Assembly (NCBI RefSeq): GCF_964204645.1
Contig: NC_134029.1
Location: 7,900,850-7,964,849, forward strand
Direction of reading: 5' to 3'
Source: Tubulanus polymorphus
Taxonomy: Eukaryota > Animalia > Nemertea
DNA: 64,000 nucleotides
The position numbers and the translations under genes were made by a program. The notes beneath the pieces were generated by a model. The model did no database searches, was not told the DNA's origin, and worked only from the letters and a program-made list of their open reading frames with translations. Positions 63,369-64,000 of this stretch are shown one piece after another; within the stretch, counting starts at the first letter, position 1; each line of letters starts with the position of its first letter.

Positions 63369-64000
63369 ACTAAGCACTAATACAGAATGCTTTCTCTTAA
63401 GTTATTTTATCGGTTGACCAGCATTAAATGATCGAAAAATATTCATTTCTCGAAGAGATGTTTTATTTTTAAAGCAGTTTATCATTCACTGTACAGTCAT
63501 CATAGTTTACAACTCTTGCTTGAATCTTGTTGTTGAAATTAAGTATTTTGTAAATAAACCTCTACATGTATAAGTGAAGTGTTAGCGTTTAGTTCCTGCA
63601 TACATCGTCAATAACGCGCTGGATCCAGTTCCACATTTCCAACTTAAAATTCAACTTTATATACCCGTATTCAAATATTGGTTCGTTTCTGGTCTGTTTG
63701 ACACCGAGTGGGAATTCAACCTTCAACTGTGAAACATATTCCTGTGGTCCTGGGGCCGGTTCCATAGTAATCCGGCCCCTGGATCATAGTAAAATGTAGG
63801 AATAGCGGGAACAAACAATTGGCAAAACAGAATCCTCACCGAACTCGGACCAGCGAAATCAGTCTGGAGTAAGTGAAGTCAGAGTTAAGGATAGGAAATG
63901 TTTTCTTTTTTGTCTGAGTTAGTAAAAAGTTACTCTGATTGGATGTTTATTGCCATTAGTCTGGACCTTGCGTATTCATTTGAGGATATCGTGGCAAGGA

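Overview
Intron-rich genomic DNA from an invertebrate bilaterian; a lophotrochozoan-type genome is my guess and cannot be proven from the sequence. I assembled exons by hand from GT-AG sites and phase continuity. Four conserved genes are complete: a GRAF/ARHGAP26-family BAR-PH-RhoGAP-SH3 gene (minus, 492-27738), GALT (minus, 28533-39076), IGHMBP2 (minus, 46577-56319) and IK/RED (plus, 56559-63368). A fifth gene (plus, 39509-44702) appears to fuse an HTATSF1-like N-terminal motif to a POLR1D-isoform-2-like domain. Main highlights: (1) two paralogous spliced genes for small secreted proteins sit antisense inside GALT intron 6 and carry a Soggy(DKK3)/icarapin-like motif; (2) the large 3' introns of the GRAF gene hold frame-preserving microexons with UGC signatures plus several candidate phase-2 terminal exons that would replace the SH3 domain; (3) IGHMBP2 has a recent 57-aa tandem duplication and an extra C2HC finger; (4) there are two compact bidirectional promoters. 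Introns contain many MITEs, LINE/SINE relics and microsatellites. Homology calls rest on remembered family motifs, not database searches.
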